From contig JAUVXV010000007.1 in the NCBI GenBank assembly GCA_030603365.1, forward strand, positions 89,346 through 153,345: a stretch of DNA of 64,000 bases. Direction: 5' to 3'. The DNA is from Candidatus Heimdallarchaeota archaeon (GTDB lineage Archaea; Asgardarchaeota; Heimdallarchaeia; Heimdallarchaeales; Heimdallarchaeaceae). This document shows positions 49,338 to 58,644 of this stretch, one piece after another (position 1 is the first letter of the stretch; the number at the start of each line of letters is the position of its first letter). The notes below the pieces were generated by a model that saw only the letters and a list, made by a program, of their open reading frames with translations, made no database searches and was not told the DNA's origin. A program made the translations under genes and the position numbers.

Positions 49338-50708
49338 TTACAGACATATCCAAAAGGTCTCGTAATACAGTGGAGAGTTTAAAATTCTGAAGTCCTGAGG
49401 GATATGGATATGATTTCCTGCAAATCGTTGATAAGTCCAATCTCCTGCTTCGTAGACGAAACCACAGGTTCCTGATGCTATATCATTATTTATCCCATCT
49501 ACCCAATAGCTCTTGACAATATCAGCATCATAAATTTCATCATACCAAGATAAGATATAAGTAATTAGACCTTGGTCACCAAGACTCATTATTACATCAA
49601 TAGCAGTGATAATACCATTTTGGAAGGTATCGTTCCTTAAGTCATGAGCAGTAACTAGAACATCTGTAAAAGTTTCAGTGAATGTTTGACTGTTAATTTT
49701 GACGGTAGGAATAATCAAAGATCCTCCATTAGCATTTCTTCTGGAAACTTCGTCAGTGAAGATAGAATATACATTATTGATGAAACTGAAATCTTCTTTA
49801 AAAACCCTGAAAACAGTTTTCTCTTTCCATGGATAGTGATCCATACGGAAAACATTTCTCTCCCACCAACCGCCTGAATAGTATGCTTGATACCAGAATC
49901 CCGTTTCACCATCAATTGAGTCAATCACATGCGTATTCATCTCTGCATCAAAATGATATTCCATATTCAATAAATCTGCAGATTCAAGATTAGCAAGAAT
50001 ATCAAACAAAGAGAAAGAACCTTCATGGAATAAGTCAGGACGTACTGATATCATACTTTCTGGATTGAATTTGTATGTAATTCCATTCACTTCGATTGGT
50101 ACATTGCCCTCGGGTGTTGGAGGTGGAGGTAGGTTCTTTGGAATTTGTAGATAAATTGCTCCTGAGATAAGTGCAATTGTTGTAGCAACAATAGCTATAT
50201 CCACAATTTTTTTTCTTACTTTTCTTCTCATTAGGAAGAATTTCAAACCGATGCCAATGTGGATTAGAATAGCGATATTCATGAACAAGTCTAGTTGTCT
50301 ATGCCAAGAGAAAGGAACCAAGGTTCCAAAAGTATTAGCAAACCAGACATAACCGTTTAAACCTGATAGAATTGTTAAGAAAATAATTACTAAAGTTGAC
50401 CAACTAGTTACTTTTTGAACTAGTCTAAGGAAATTTATGTAAGTTCCTTTACGTTGTTGTATCTTGGAAACTAGTTTTGCTGATTTGATTTTAACTTTCC
50501 AGAGTGTATAAACTAGATGATACAATAAAAGACCAATGAAAAACCATTCAAAGATTCTGTGTAACCTTGATAATAGAAACTGATCAACAAACCAGTTTTG
50601 AGTTTGCCCATACCCAGTGATAATCGTTGCGAAGAAAAACCCTACTAGCAGCCAGGACACGGCTCTGTGTATTCTAACACTTATTGAAGCCATTTTGTAT
50701 GTTAACAT
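49338..50708 (-). CDS. Membrane protein with His-bearing TM helices (cytochrome b-like) and duplicated C-terminal soluble domain
   Basis: TM His residues (IHRAV, LHRIF, LYHLV, WHRQL, LIHIG), Pro-rich linker, two repeats (FSLFDIL..L...VIDSIDG..GFWY / ITAIDVI..L...WVDGINN..GFVY). Confidence 0.65.
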   Translation of the reverse strand: MLTYKMASISVRIHRAVSWLLVGFFFATIITGYGQTQNWFVDQFLLSRLHRIFEWFFIGLLLYHLVYTLWKVKIKSAKLVSKIQQRKGTYINFLRLVQKVTSWSTLVIIFLTILSGLNGYVWFANTFGTLVPFSWHRQLDLFMNIAILIHIGIGLKFFLMRRKVRKKIVDIAIVATTIALISGAIYLQIPKNLPPPPTPEGNVPIEVNGITYKFNPESMISVRPDLFHEGSFSLFDILANLESADLLNMEYHFDAEMNTHVIDSIDGETGFWYQAYYSGGWWERNVFRMDHYPWKEKTVFRVFKEDFSFINNVYSIFTDEVSRRNANGGSLIIPTVKINSQTFTETFTDVLVTAHDLRNDTFQNGIITAIDVIMSLGDQGLITYILSWYDEIYDADIVKSYWVDGINNDIASGTCGFVYEAGDWTYQRFAGNHIHIPQDFRILNSPLYYETFWICL

Positions 50709-50852
50709 TTCCTTCTAAGAATAAAAAGCCTAACATGTTACAAAAAAATGAGTAACTATACAATTCAATTCACAAAACTGTTAATTTAAATACAAAATAG
50801 TTATGAAAATGTTTATTTTAGATTAGTACAACGTTATTATTGGATTGATTTA

Positions 50853-51395
50853 ATGAATTATCTTGATGTAGAAGATACTACTGAAAAAATTCTCTTCTTG
50901 GGATTATCACAATCTGGTAAAACATCTATAATTCAAGTAGTTTTTGAAGGAATTTTACCTGAAGCTACAAAAACCAATCAAGCTTCTGGCAGAGTAAGAC
51001 AAAAGAAAGTTGACTTTTCAGGTAAAATCGTAAGTGCATTTGAGGTAGGAGGACAGATATCGTATCTAGAAGACACTTTTTCACTGTTTAAAGAAAGTGT
51101 ATATTCAAATGTAAAATACATGTTTTTTATTTTAGATTCTTCACAGACAGATAGTTTCGAAAAAGCTCAGTATTATTATACACAAGCATGTAATAATGTG
51201 ATTGAGTTCAATGACTCTGCCAAGATCATTTTATTTGCTCACAAATTCGACTTAGTGTCTGAAGATGAACAAATTAATCTTGTTAAAGAAATTAGAGAGT
51301 TCTTTGAAATTGAACAAAAATTCAATGCACAATTCTTTACAACTTCAATATATAATGATTCTATTTTTGAAGTCTTGGAAAATCTCAGTAACTAA
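50853..51395 (+). CDS. Rag/Gtr-like small GTPase (G-domain only)
   Basis: KILFLGLSQSGKTSI..VVF, G3 EVGGQ, YSNV..MFFILDS, Rag-type G4 HKFD and G5 TSIY. Confidence 0.88.
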   Translation: MNYLDVEDTTEKILFLGLSQSGKTSIIQVVFEGILPEATKTNQASGRVRQKKVDFSGKIVSAFEVGGQISYLEDTFSLFKESVYSNVKYMFFILDSSQTDSFEKAQYYYTQACNNVIEFNDSAKIILFAHKFDLVSEDEQINLVKEIREFFEIEQKFNAQFFTTSIYNDSIFEVLENLSN

Positions 51396-51481
51396 TTCTT
51401 GCTCCAAAGCTTCTCTTTAGCTTACCCTCATATTAATATTTATTAGTTAAGGAATTGAAATATATTATTTAAGGGGTCGTA

Positions 51482-54400
51482 ATGCGAGTCAAAGATACTA
51501 TTGTGAGTACATTTGTAATTATTATTCTAAGCTTTAATTCATTTTATTATTTTAATCCAGATTTATTATCAAATCAAGAAAGTGACATAGATCAAAATAT
51601 TATCCCAAATATTGATTCTCCTGTTTTAAAACCCCCTGATATAAATGACGATTATCCTATTTCAGTAAAGAAAATAGAAACACCTGGAGACTATCAGCTA
51701 AGAGGATTCTTTTCACAAGATGATTTTATTGATATAGATCCTGATGGAGAAATTATTGAGTGGCGAGCTTTCAGTGATGTTAAAGACGAAGGATGGGATA
51801 GTTATAATCTGGTTTATCATAGAATCGATAGTAACTATCAATTTTCTCCAGATCTTTGGCCAAACCAAAATGACACATATTACCATTTAAAAGATAGAGA
51901 TTGGCCTTATCCAGCATCTGCAATGTTTAGTCCTATTTTTGAAGATGAAACATATATTGATGGCAAAGTTCATTTTTTGACATCTCTAATGACTGATTTT
52001 ACAAGTGGAGAAGGAACCCAAATAGTTACTATCAGAATTAGACTTTTACTTTTCAATTCTTCAGATTCTTCCACTAGTGAAATATTGTCTATAGAAGATA
52101 CTCTTCCTGAAGAGATGTCTACGCAGAAGAGAACTTATAGCTCAACTTTAAGTTCTCCTGTTACAATTCCTGCTGGCTTCAGACTTAAAATAGTTTATGA
52201 AGCTAAGCTTTCAAATCTAGAAAGAACTGGAAGAATGTATCTGATAGCAGGAGATAAGGGTTATGGAAATTTAGTTTGGAACATTAATGATGGTGAGTAC
52301 TCAAACACTTATTCCATTTCTGAAACAGATCATATGCTAGGTGTTCAGTTCAAAATGTTTGATTCATCTTATCCAGATATTTCTGTTTCTGGTTTTGCTA
52401 ATAATACTGTTTATCTAGAAAACAAAACCATTTCAATTGATGTATCTGGAGCAGTAGATAGCTCTTACAGATGGGATTTTGGATCATTCACAAGTTTTGA
52501 CACTTCAACAACCACAGATTTACCATTCACTATGGGATGGCACAATCTAGAAATACAAGCATTAGATGAATTTAACAATAATAAAACCTTAATTTATCAA
52601 ATTGGTTACGATGAATCAACAATCAATGTAGTTCTTCAAAGCCCGAACAACAATTCTGTAATTGGACTAGGAGACATAATCGATTTTGATGTTTTTAGTA
52701 TAGACTATGCAACGTATGAGTGGGATTTAAGTGGTTCAGAGACAGATTTAACATCCCCTGAATACCAAATTACGGCACCAGCTTTCTCAAGCATGCATAA
52801 TCTAACAATTAGAACATACGATGATTTTGGAACAGAAGCATATTTTTATGTTTTTGAATTCGATGGAACAGCTCCTCTATTTGAACTTATTAATGTAGAT
52901 GACAACACACAACAACCTGCTGGAAAAAGTATAGATGTCAATATTACTGATTCAGGAGGAGTTTATCAAGTGTTTTATAAATGGGATGCAAGAGATAATT
53001 TTACTTGGCTTCCATTTGATGGCACAGTTTATCGAACCTATTTACCTGAATCTGCAGGCCAACATTTTCTTTATGTATCTGCCATTGATAATTATGGAAA
53101 CGCAATCAACCGAACATATCGGTTTATAGCAAACACAAATTTTCTTTTAGTAGAACTAAGAAATGCTAACAATGATTCTTATTACCAAGGAGGGGAGATT
53201 ATTGAAGTCACCATTACGGGTTCAAATGAAAATATTAAATATGAATGGAATTCTGAAGGAGAACTAGATAGCCTTATTGATGCTTATTATTACAATTCGA
53301 CACTTATCTTAAATGGAACTAATGTTCTTCCAGATTCTCCAGTTGGAGAACACATTTTAACAATAAGAACCTTTGATGTGTTTCTTGTTGAGCACATCTT
53401 CAAATTTATTTTTACTTTAGATCAAGAAGCTCCTTCAATTCTTACAAGCAAGGATGAATATAACAATAAGAGATTTTTGAACACAGATGTTTTGGAATTT
53501 GCATTTGATGACAATCTTACCTTACTTTCTCAACTAGAGGTTAGCATTTCTATTAATGATACAACGAACATAATTCTAGCATATCCTTATGATTTTGACC
53601 TTCTATCTTTTGCAGATGGGACATATAATCTAACAGTTTATGTATATGATATTGCGAATAATTATGCTGCTTGTTCATACATTATTACTATAGATACTCT
53701 AGCACCCTCGATTGACATTCTAGATATTGAAGGTTTAATTGAAGTACATGGAGTCTACTATATCCCTGCTGATTCTCTAGTAACAATATCTATCTTAGAT
53801 GATGATAACCAGACAATTAGTACATTTTCATGGGGAGGAATCGTTTATACTAATTTCACAGACTCGTTCATCTTGAGTTTCGCAGATGGAAGTTCAATTT
53901 TGTATATCAATGCAAGTGATTCGTTAGGAAATCAGGTATTTATGACACCTATCAGCCTTACCATTGATAGTCAAGACCCTAATGCTGGACTAAATTCAGA
54001 AACTATCACTGAGTTTATAAAAATCAATGAAGACACAACAATATCTATTCTTGTAGAAGATCTTTCAACAGAGACTATAAAAACTGTTGAATATTATTGG
54101 GACATATTACCAGATTTAAAAGGCACAGCTACTCTTAATCAATATGGCGAATTTGACATTTCAGGAGGTTCTGTATTAACATTATATAGTACTGGTGAAA
54201 CAGCAATTCTTTCTATCTATACAGAAGATGTGGTAGGGAATAATCAAACGTATGATTTCAGTTTTACCATAGATACTGAACCACCTACTTTTGATACTTT
54301 CATTTATGATGAGGACTTAACTCAATGGATAGAAATTAATGAAATTAACATTTACAATATCAGAGGAAACACAAAGATCTGGTTCACAAACATAAGTAGT

Positions 54401-56164
54401 GATTATTACACTTCTTTTTACTACTGGGATACTGATAGCGATATTCCAATAAATGAAAGCACTTGGTTGGTATATGCACCTTCTGATGATGGATTTCATA
54501 ACCTTACAATCGAGATAAATGACAACACTGGAAATCATACATCTCCAAATACAATTTTGAAGACCTTCCACTTCTTTATAGATGACATTGCAATAGATGT
54601 GCTTGATCCCATTAATCTGTTAGATCTAACTCATCAAATAAGTTATAAAGACAATTTTACTTTTACCATATCAATTTATGATGGGATAGATAACTCATCA
54701 TTAAGCAATCTAATTTGGCATAGCGAAAGTTTAAACAACAATTTAAACTTGATAATTCTGAACAATACGATAGACAATAAGACCTTTGAGTTTTATATTT
54801 ATGCAAACAATATTGGACTAACTGATTTAATCTTCGAATTCTCCCAACTGGGAGATAACAGACAATCATTCATTGTTAGCTTAGATATTGAAAGGAAAGA
54901 AGGCAAACTAATTGTTTTAGAAAACAACGTTTCAGTTTTATATGGTGATAGTTTCAAAGTGAATCTAACATTAGAAGACGATCTTCAAAATGAACTAAAT
55001 GTCAATAATATCTCTGTTAATGGATTCATTGTTTCTTTCCAAGATTTAGGAAGTTATGTGTATTCCTTTGAATTTTATCCTGATGATTCTGGTTTAACAA
55101 AAGGATTACACGAGCTTTCAATAATAGTTGAATCTGACTTCTATTTTGGAGAAACGAACGATACATTTACATTTAATTTCGAAGTTTTACCGCTCCAACT
55201 CCTCCTAACACTTGATGCTTCAAATTTGGAGATTATAGAAGGAACTAGAGTAGAATTAGTTGCTACTTTAACTTACATCAATGGAACTCCTGTAGATGAT
55301 GTTTTAATCATCTTTATGATTTATGTAACTTATAAAACAGATCCAAATCTTGTTAGAGCTTATCTCGTATTGGAAAACTTGACTGATACAACTGATGCTA
55401 GTGGACAAGCATCTATAAGTTTTGAAATGTCAGAAGACATAGAACAAATTACTTTCTCAGCAACTTATGAGGGTAATCCATATTTAGATTCTATCCTAGC
55501 AGAATCAGAAGAAATAGTCAAAACAATAAAAACTCCTGGTTTAGCTAGCTGGTTATTATATGTTATTATTGGAGGAAGTTTAGCAGTCCTAGCACTTGTT
55601 TCCTTCATTATATACAAAGTAACAAAATCTACACCAATTGAAGTTCTAATGAGTAAAATTTCTGAAGAGGATATTATTATTAAACTTACAGAATTCTGTC
55701 CAGGAGCAATACTTAGTATCTTTGACCAAAGGCAAGGAGCTGTACCTATAATTTCAGATCATTCATTAAGTTTTGAACATAGTGGGCGCATAGCTCTAGA
55801 AACAGACAATTTTATACTTAAAGTAAGTGATCAAGCGTTTTCATCATTAGGTTTTGAAGAAACTATTCAAGGTAGAAGATTGGGTTCATTAACCCTCCCC
55901 AATGAATCTATGTTAGGGTTTATTCATGGAATACAACTGAAGGATAAATCAGCTAGAGGTGGATTAGAAAATCTAGTTATCACAGTTCTAACTGATTTGG
56001 AATTTGGAACAACATTACTATCATATCAAGAATTTTTGCATCCTCTTATAGATGATCTACAAACATTGCTTGAGAAGAAAAAATCTTTGAAGGAGATAGA
56101 AGAACAAATAAGATTGATCCGACATCAAACTGTAAGGATCATACTAGCTGGATATGAGCTTTAA
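51482..56164 (+). CDS. Large cell-surface receptor-like protein: Ig-like repeats, TM helix, cytoplasmic uDENN/longin domain
   Basis: N-terminal signal/anchor; repeated YxWD...GxHxLxIxxxDxxGN...IDTxxP modules with many NxS/T sequons; TM WLLYVIIGGSLAVLALVSFIIY; tail AILSIFDQRQGAVP...IQLKDKSARGG. Confidence 0.85.
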   Translation: MRVKDTIVSTFVIIILSFNSFYYFNPDLLSNQESDIDQNIIPNIDSPVLKPPDINDDYPISVKKIETPGDYQLRGFFSQDDFIDIDPDGEIIEWRAFSDVKDEGWDSYNLVYHRIDSNYQFSPDLWPNQNDTYYHLKDRDWPYPASAMFSPIFEDETYIDGKVHFLTSLMTDFTSGEGTQIVTIRIRLLLFNSSDSSTSEILSIEDTLPEEMSTQKRTYSSTLSSPVTIPAGFRLKIVYEAKLSNLERTGRMYLIAGDKGYGNLVWNINDGEYSNTYSISETDHMLGVQFKMFDSSYPDISVSGFANNTVYLENKTISIDVSGAVDSSYRWDFGSFTSFDTSTTTDLPFTMGWHNLEIQALDEFNNNKTLIYQIGYDESTINVVLQSPNNNSVIGLGDIIDFDVFSIDYATYEWDLSGSETDLTSPEYQITAPAFSSMHNLTIRTYDDFGTEAYFYVFEFDGTAPLFELINVDDNTQQPAGKSIDVNITDSGGVYQVFYKWDARDNFTWLPFDGTVYRTYLPESAGQHFLYVSAIDNYGNAINRTYRFIANTNFLLVELRNANNDSYYQGGEIIEVTITGSNENIKYEWNSEGELDSLIDAYYYNSTLILNGTNVLPDSPVGEHILTIRTFDVFLVEHIFKFIFTLDQEAPSILTSKDEYNNKRFLNTDVLEFAFDDNLTLLSQLEVSISINDTTNIILAYPYDFDLLSFADGTYNLTVYVYDIANNYAACSYIITIDTLAPSIDILDIEGLIEVHGVYYIPADSLVTISILDDDNQTISTFSWGGIVYTNFTDSFILSFADGSSILYINASDSLGNQVFMTPISLTIDSQDPNAGLNSETITEFIKINEDTTISILVEDLSTETIKTVEYYWDILPDLKGTATLNQYGEFDISGGSVLTLYSTGETAILSIYTEDVVGNNQTYDFSFTIDTEPPTFDTFIYDEDLTQWIEINEINIYNIRGNTKIWFTNISSDYYTSFYYWDTDSDIPINESTWLVYAPSDDGFHNLTIEINDNTGNHTSPNTILKTFHFFIDDIAIDVLDPINLLDLTHQISYKDNFTFTISIYDGIDNSSLSNLIWHSESLNNNLNLIILNNTIDNKTFEFYIYANNIGLTDLIFEFSQLGDNRQSFIVSLDIERKEGKLIVLENNVSVLYGDSFKVNLTLEDDLQNELNVNNISVNGFIVSFQDLGSYVYSFEFYPDDSGLTKGLHELSIIVESDFYFGETNDTFTFNFEVLPLQLLLTLDASNLEIIEGTRVELVATLTYINGTPVDDVLIIFMIYVTYKTDPNLVRAYLVLENLTDTTDASGQASISFEMSEDIEQITFSATYEGNPYLDSILAESEEIVKTIKTPGLASWLLYVIIGGSLAVLALVSFIIYKVTKSTPIEVLMSKISEEDIIIKLTEFCPGAILSIFDQRQGAVPIISDHSLSFEHSGRIALETDNFILKVSDQAFSSLGFEETIQGRRLGSLTLPNESMLGFIHGIQLKDKSARGGLENLVITVLTDLEFGTTLLSYQEFLHPLIDDLQTLLEKKKSLKEIEEQIRLIRHQTVRIILAGYEL

Positions 56165-56244
56165 TAGGAATATTTCAAAGAAAAAACAGATGCTATAAGA
56201 AAAAATAGAAAGAGATTTAGAAGCAGTTAATTTGCTTTACTGTT

Positions 56245-56397
56245 CTAGTATCTTCTTTTTTGTTTTTGATAGCAATCCCTGCAGTAAACTGGTCTTTCGC
56301 CATCTGGCTTGAAAGGAACTTCAGAGTCTTGTCCACATTCAGAACATTTTACTTTGTGCATTTCGCGGGGTTTATCATCATAACGTCCATATCCCAT
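56245..56397 (-). CDS. CxxC-x17-CxxC domain small zinc-binding protein
   Basis: Manual translation MGYGRYDDKPREMHKVKCSECGQDSEVPFKPDGERPVYCRDCYQKQKRRY*; SD GGTGA. Confidence 0.9.
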   Translation of the reverse strand: MGYGRYDDKPREMHKVKCSECGQDSEVPFKPDGERPVYCRDCYQKQKRRY

Positions 56398-56574
56398 TTA
56401 ATTCACCTATTTATTTGAATATAATAATTTAAACTAAAATAAGAAGAAGATACTCTCTTTACTCGACTATTGCTACTACTCAATTTAGAAACTCAACTAT
56501 TATACGCTATTGCAATAAAGATGGTTTGCCTTTTTAAAGCTTCTGAATACTCAAGTAAACCATTGTAACTACAG

Positions 56575-57798
56575 TCAATTTTCATAATCAAATACAACTT
56601 TTATTGCATTGTTTTTTCTTTTACTGAAAGCTACTTTTATTGCATTTTTATAATCAGATATCTTGAATCTGTGGGTTATCATATCGGATATATTTGCAGG
56701 GATTTTCTTTTGTAGAATCAGATCACTAACTATCTGATAGGTAGTAATGTTTTTTCCTTCCCAATCTTCAGTTCCATGTATCAATGATCCTAGGAGATCC
56801 ACCTCTTAGTACCATACAGGTGTATAGTCAAGTTTTCCTTGTTTAAGGTCAATTCCCAAAACCATTACTTTCCCCTTTGCTTTTGTCCACCTTAAGGAAT
56901 TTTGAATAGTCATTGCAGTTCCTACACAGTCATAGATAACATCAAAACCACCTATGAATGTTTTATTACCAAAAAAACCTTTATACATAACAGATTTTGT
57001 TTTTTCTACCAGATAAGTTTCCACATCCTTTCCTGAAAGTACTTCACTAGCTCCAAGCTTTTTTGCCATTTCAGCTTGAAAATCATATTTTGCTAAGATA
57101 ATGACATTGGCATCTGGTTGAAGTGCTTTGAGACATGTTAATGTACTTAATCCAATAGTTCCTGCACCTATTATCAAGATATAATCTCCTTTTTTTGGTA
57201 ATGCTCTTAATACTCCTCGTAGAGAACAAGAAAGAGGTTCTATCAGTAATGCTTGATCTGATGTAATCTTCTCTGGCAAGACAAACAACTGATTCTTGTG
57301 ATACCGAAATCCTGTACCCCAACCCCCAGCTGCATCATATTCTGTATATTCAGAATACTTTCCTGCTAATTCACACAACCAGAAATCTCCTTCTTTACAT
57401 CTTGGACACAGATTATCAGGTTGATGAAGGAAACATGATGGTCCTTTTTGTACAATTACTCTATCTCCAACTTTCAGTTCTGAAACATTCTTACCTATTT
57501 CAGTTATCTCTGCAACGCATTCATGCCCCATATGTCTTGGACTAGGGGTGGGGACTATTGTAGGAGAAACATCAAGAGCAAAATCTAAGGCAATAAGATG
57601 CAAATCAGTACCACACACTCCTCCTCTTAGAGTTTCTGTGAGTACCTCATCTGGAGATTCAATAGTAAAAGAATAGTTTTTCTTATGAACTACTGGTCCT
57701 AAAGCTGAAAAAACGATATTTTTCCATAAGGGTCGTAAAATCTGTGATACTAGGACTTTTGGTACTGAAGAATCAAAATAAACAATTTCTGCGTCCAT
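56575..57798 (-). pseudogene. Zn-dependent alcohol dehydrogenase (MDR) interrupted by an in-frame TAA
   Basis: GVCGTD, GHE, GAGTIG, THRF. ORFs 56806..57798 and 56575..56802 are in the same frame: ...TPVWY*EVDLLGS... Confidence 0.8.
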
Positions 57799-57828
57799 AG
57801 AGGTGAATTATGGAGCTTGTTTTTAATA

Positions 57829-58644
57829 TTAATCTATTTTATAGAATATTTCTTTACTTTCTTTCAAGTATCCAAATCTCCACAATCGTTCCAAAACATC
57901 AATAAGTTGGTTATAAAATTCACTAACTTCTTCCTCAATATCTAAAGTAGCAGCCATACCATGAGCTTCTGCATAATAGTTGAAGTACTGATAATCAAAG
58001 AATGATAATTCAGGTCTAAAGAATTCCCAATCTATAAACTTAATCTGATCATTAACAATTAGATTAGGAGGTACTAAATCACCATGAACATAAGTTAGAT
58101 TTTCAGAGAATCTATCAAGATATTCTTTCTGTTTATCGATTAATTGTTGAAGATCGCTAATTTGTTTTTCAGGAAAGTTTACTTTAGAAGTAGAATAATT
58201 CAGAATCAGATTCTCATAATATTTTGTAACATCCTCCTTAATTGGTTTCCTTTTTGTCCTAGCAATTTCATGAGTTCTACTGATGGTGTGTTTAATCTTG
58301 TGTTTGATAGACTCATCAACACTCACTTTGAGTAATTCATTTCCTATTAAGTATTCATAGACAATTATTCTTGATTTCTTCTTCCAGATAAGAATAGGAG
58401 CAATTGAACCCTCATATAACTCCAGGGCATTTACTTCTCTTTCAAATCTATTTTCTGGTTTGAAGATATCATCATCTGGATAGTATTTACACACTGCTAA
58501 TGGTTCATTATTTTCTCCAGTAATTAGAAAATTAGTGTTGATATACCCTTTATCTAAATCTTGCCATTTGAATTGTTGAAAATTCTGAAACTTTTGAAGC
58601 AGTGCAATTTCAATCTCTGTCTTTACTGTATCTGGGATTAGAAT
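57829..58644 (-). CDS. APH/choline kinase family phosphotransferase, probably with a non-canonical start
   Basis: HGDLVPPN, FIDWEF. The frame is open upstream of GTG 58494 through the N-lobe motif DKGYINTNFLI to ATT 58644/CTA 58641, behind SD GGAGGT. Confidence 0.8.
   Translation of the reverse strand: MLIPDTVKTEIEIALLQKFQNFQQFKWQDLDKGYINTNFLITGENNEPLAVCKYYPDDDIFKPENRFEREVNALELYEGSIAPILIWKKKSRIIVYEYLIGNELLKVSVDESIKHKIKHTISRTHEIARTKRKPIKEDVTKYYENLILNYSTSKVNFPEKQISDLQQLIDKQKEYLDRFSENLTYVHGDLVPPNLIVNDQIKFIDWEFFRPELSFFDYQYFNYYAEAHGMAATLDIEEEVSEFYNQLIDVLERLWRFGYLKESKEIFYKID

Noticed and set aside
56245-56397. Zinc-finger ribosomal protein
   Set aside because: The spacing and the VPFKP...PVYC motif fit the CxxC-x17-CxxC family instead.
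56806-56808. Selenocysteine or pyrrolysine recoding in the dehydrogenase
   Set aside because: The codon is TAA, not TGA or TAG, and the position is not a catalytic Cys or Lys site.
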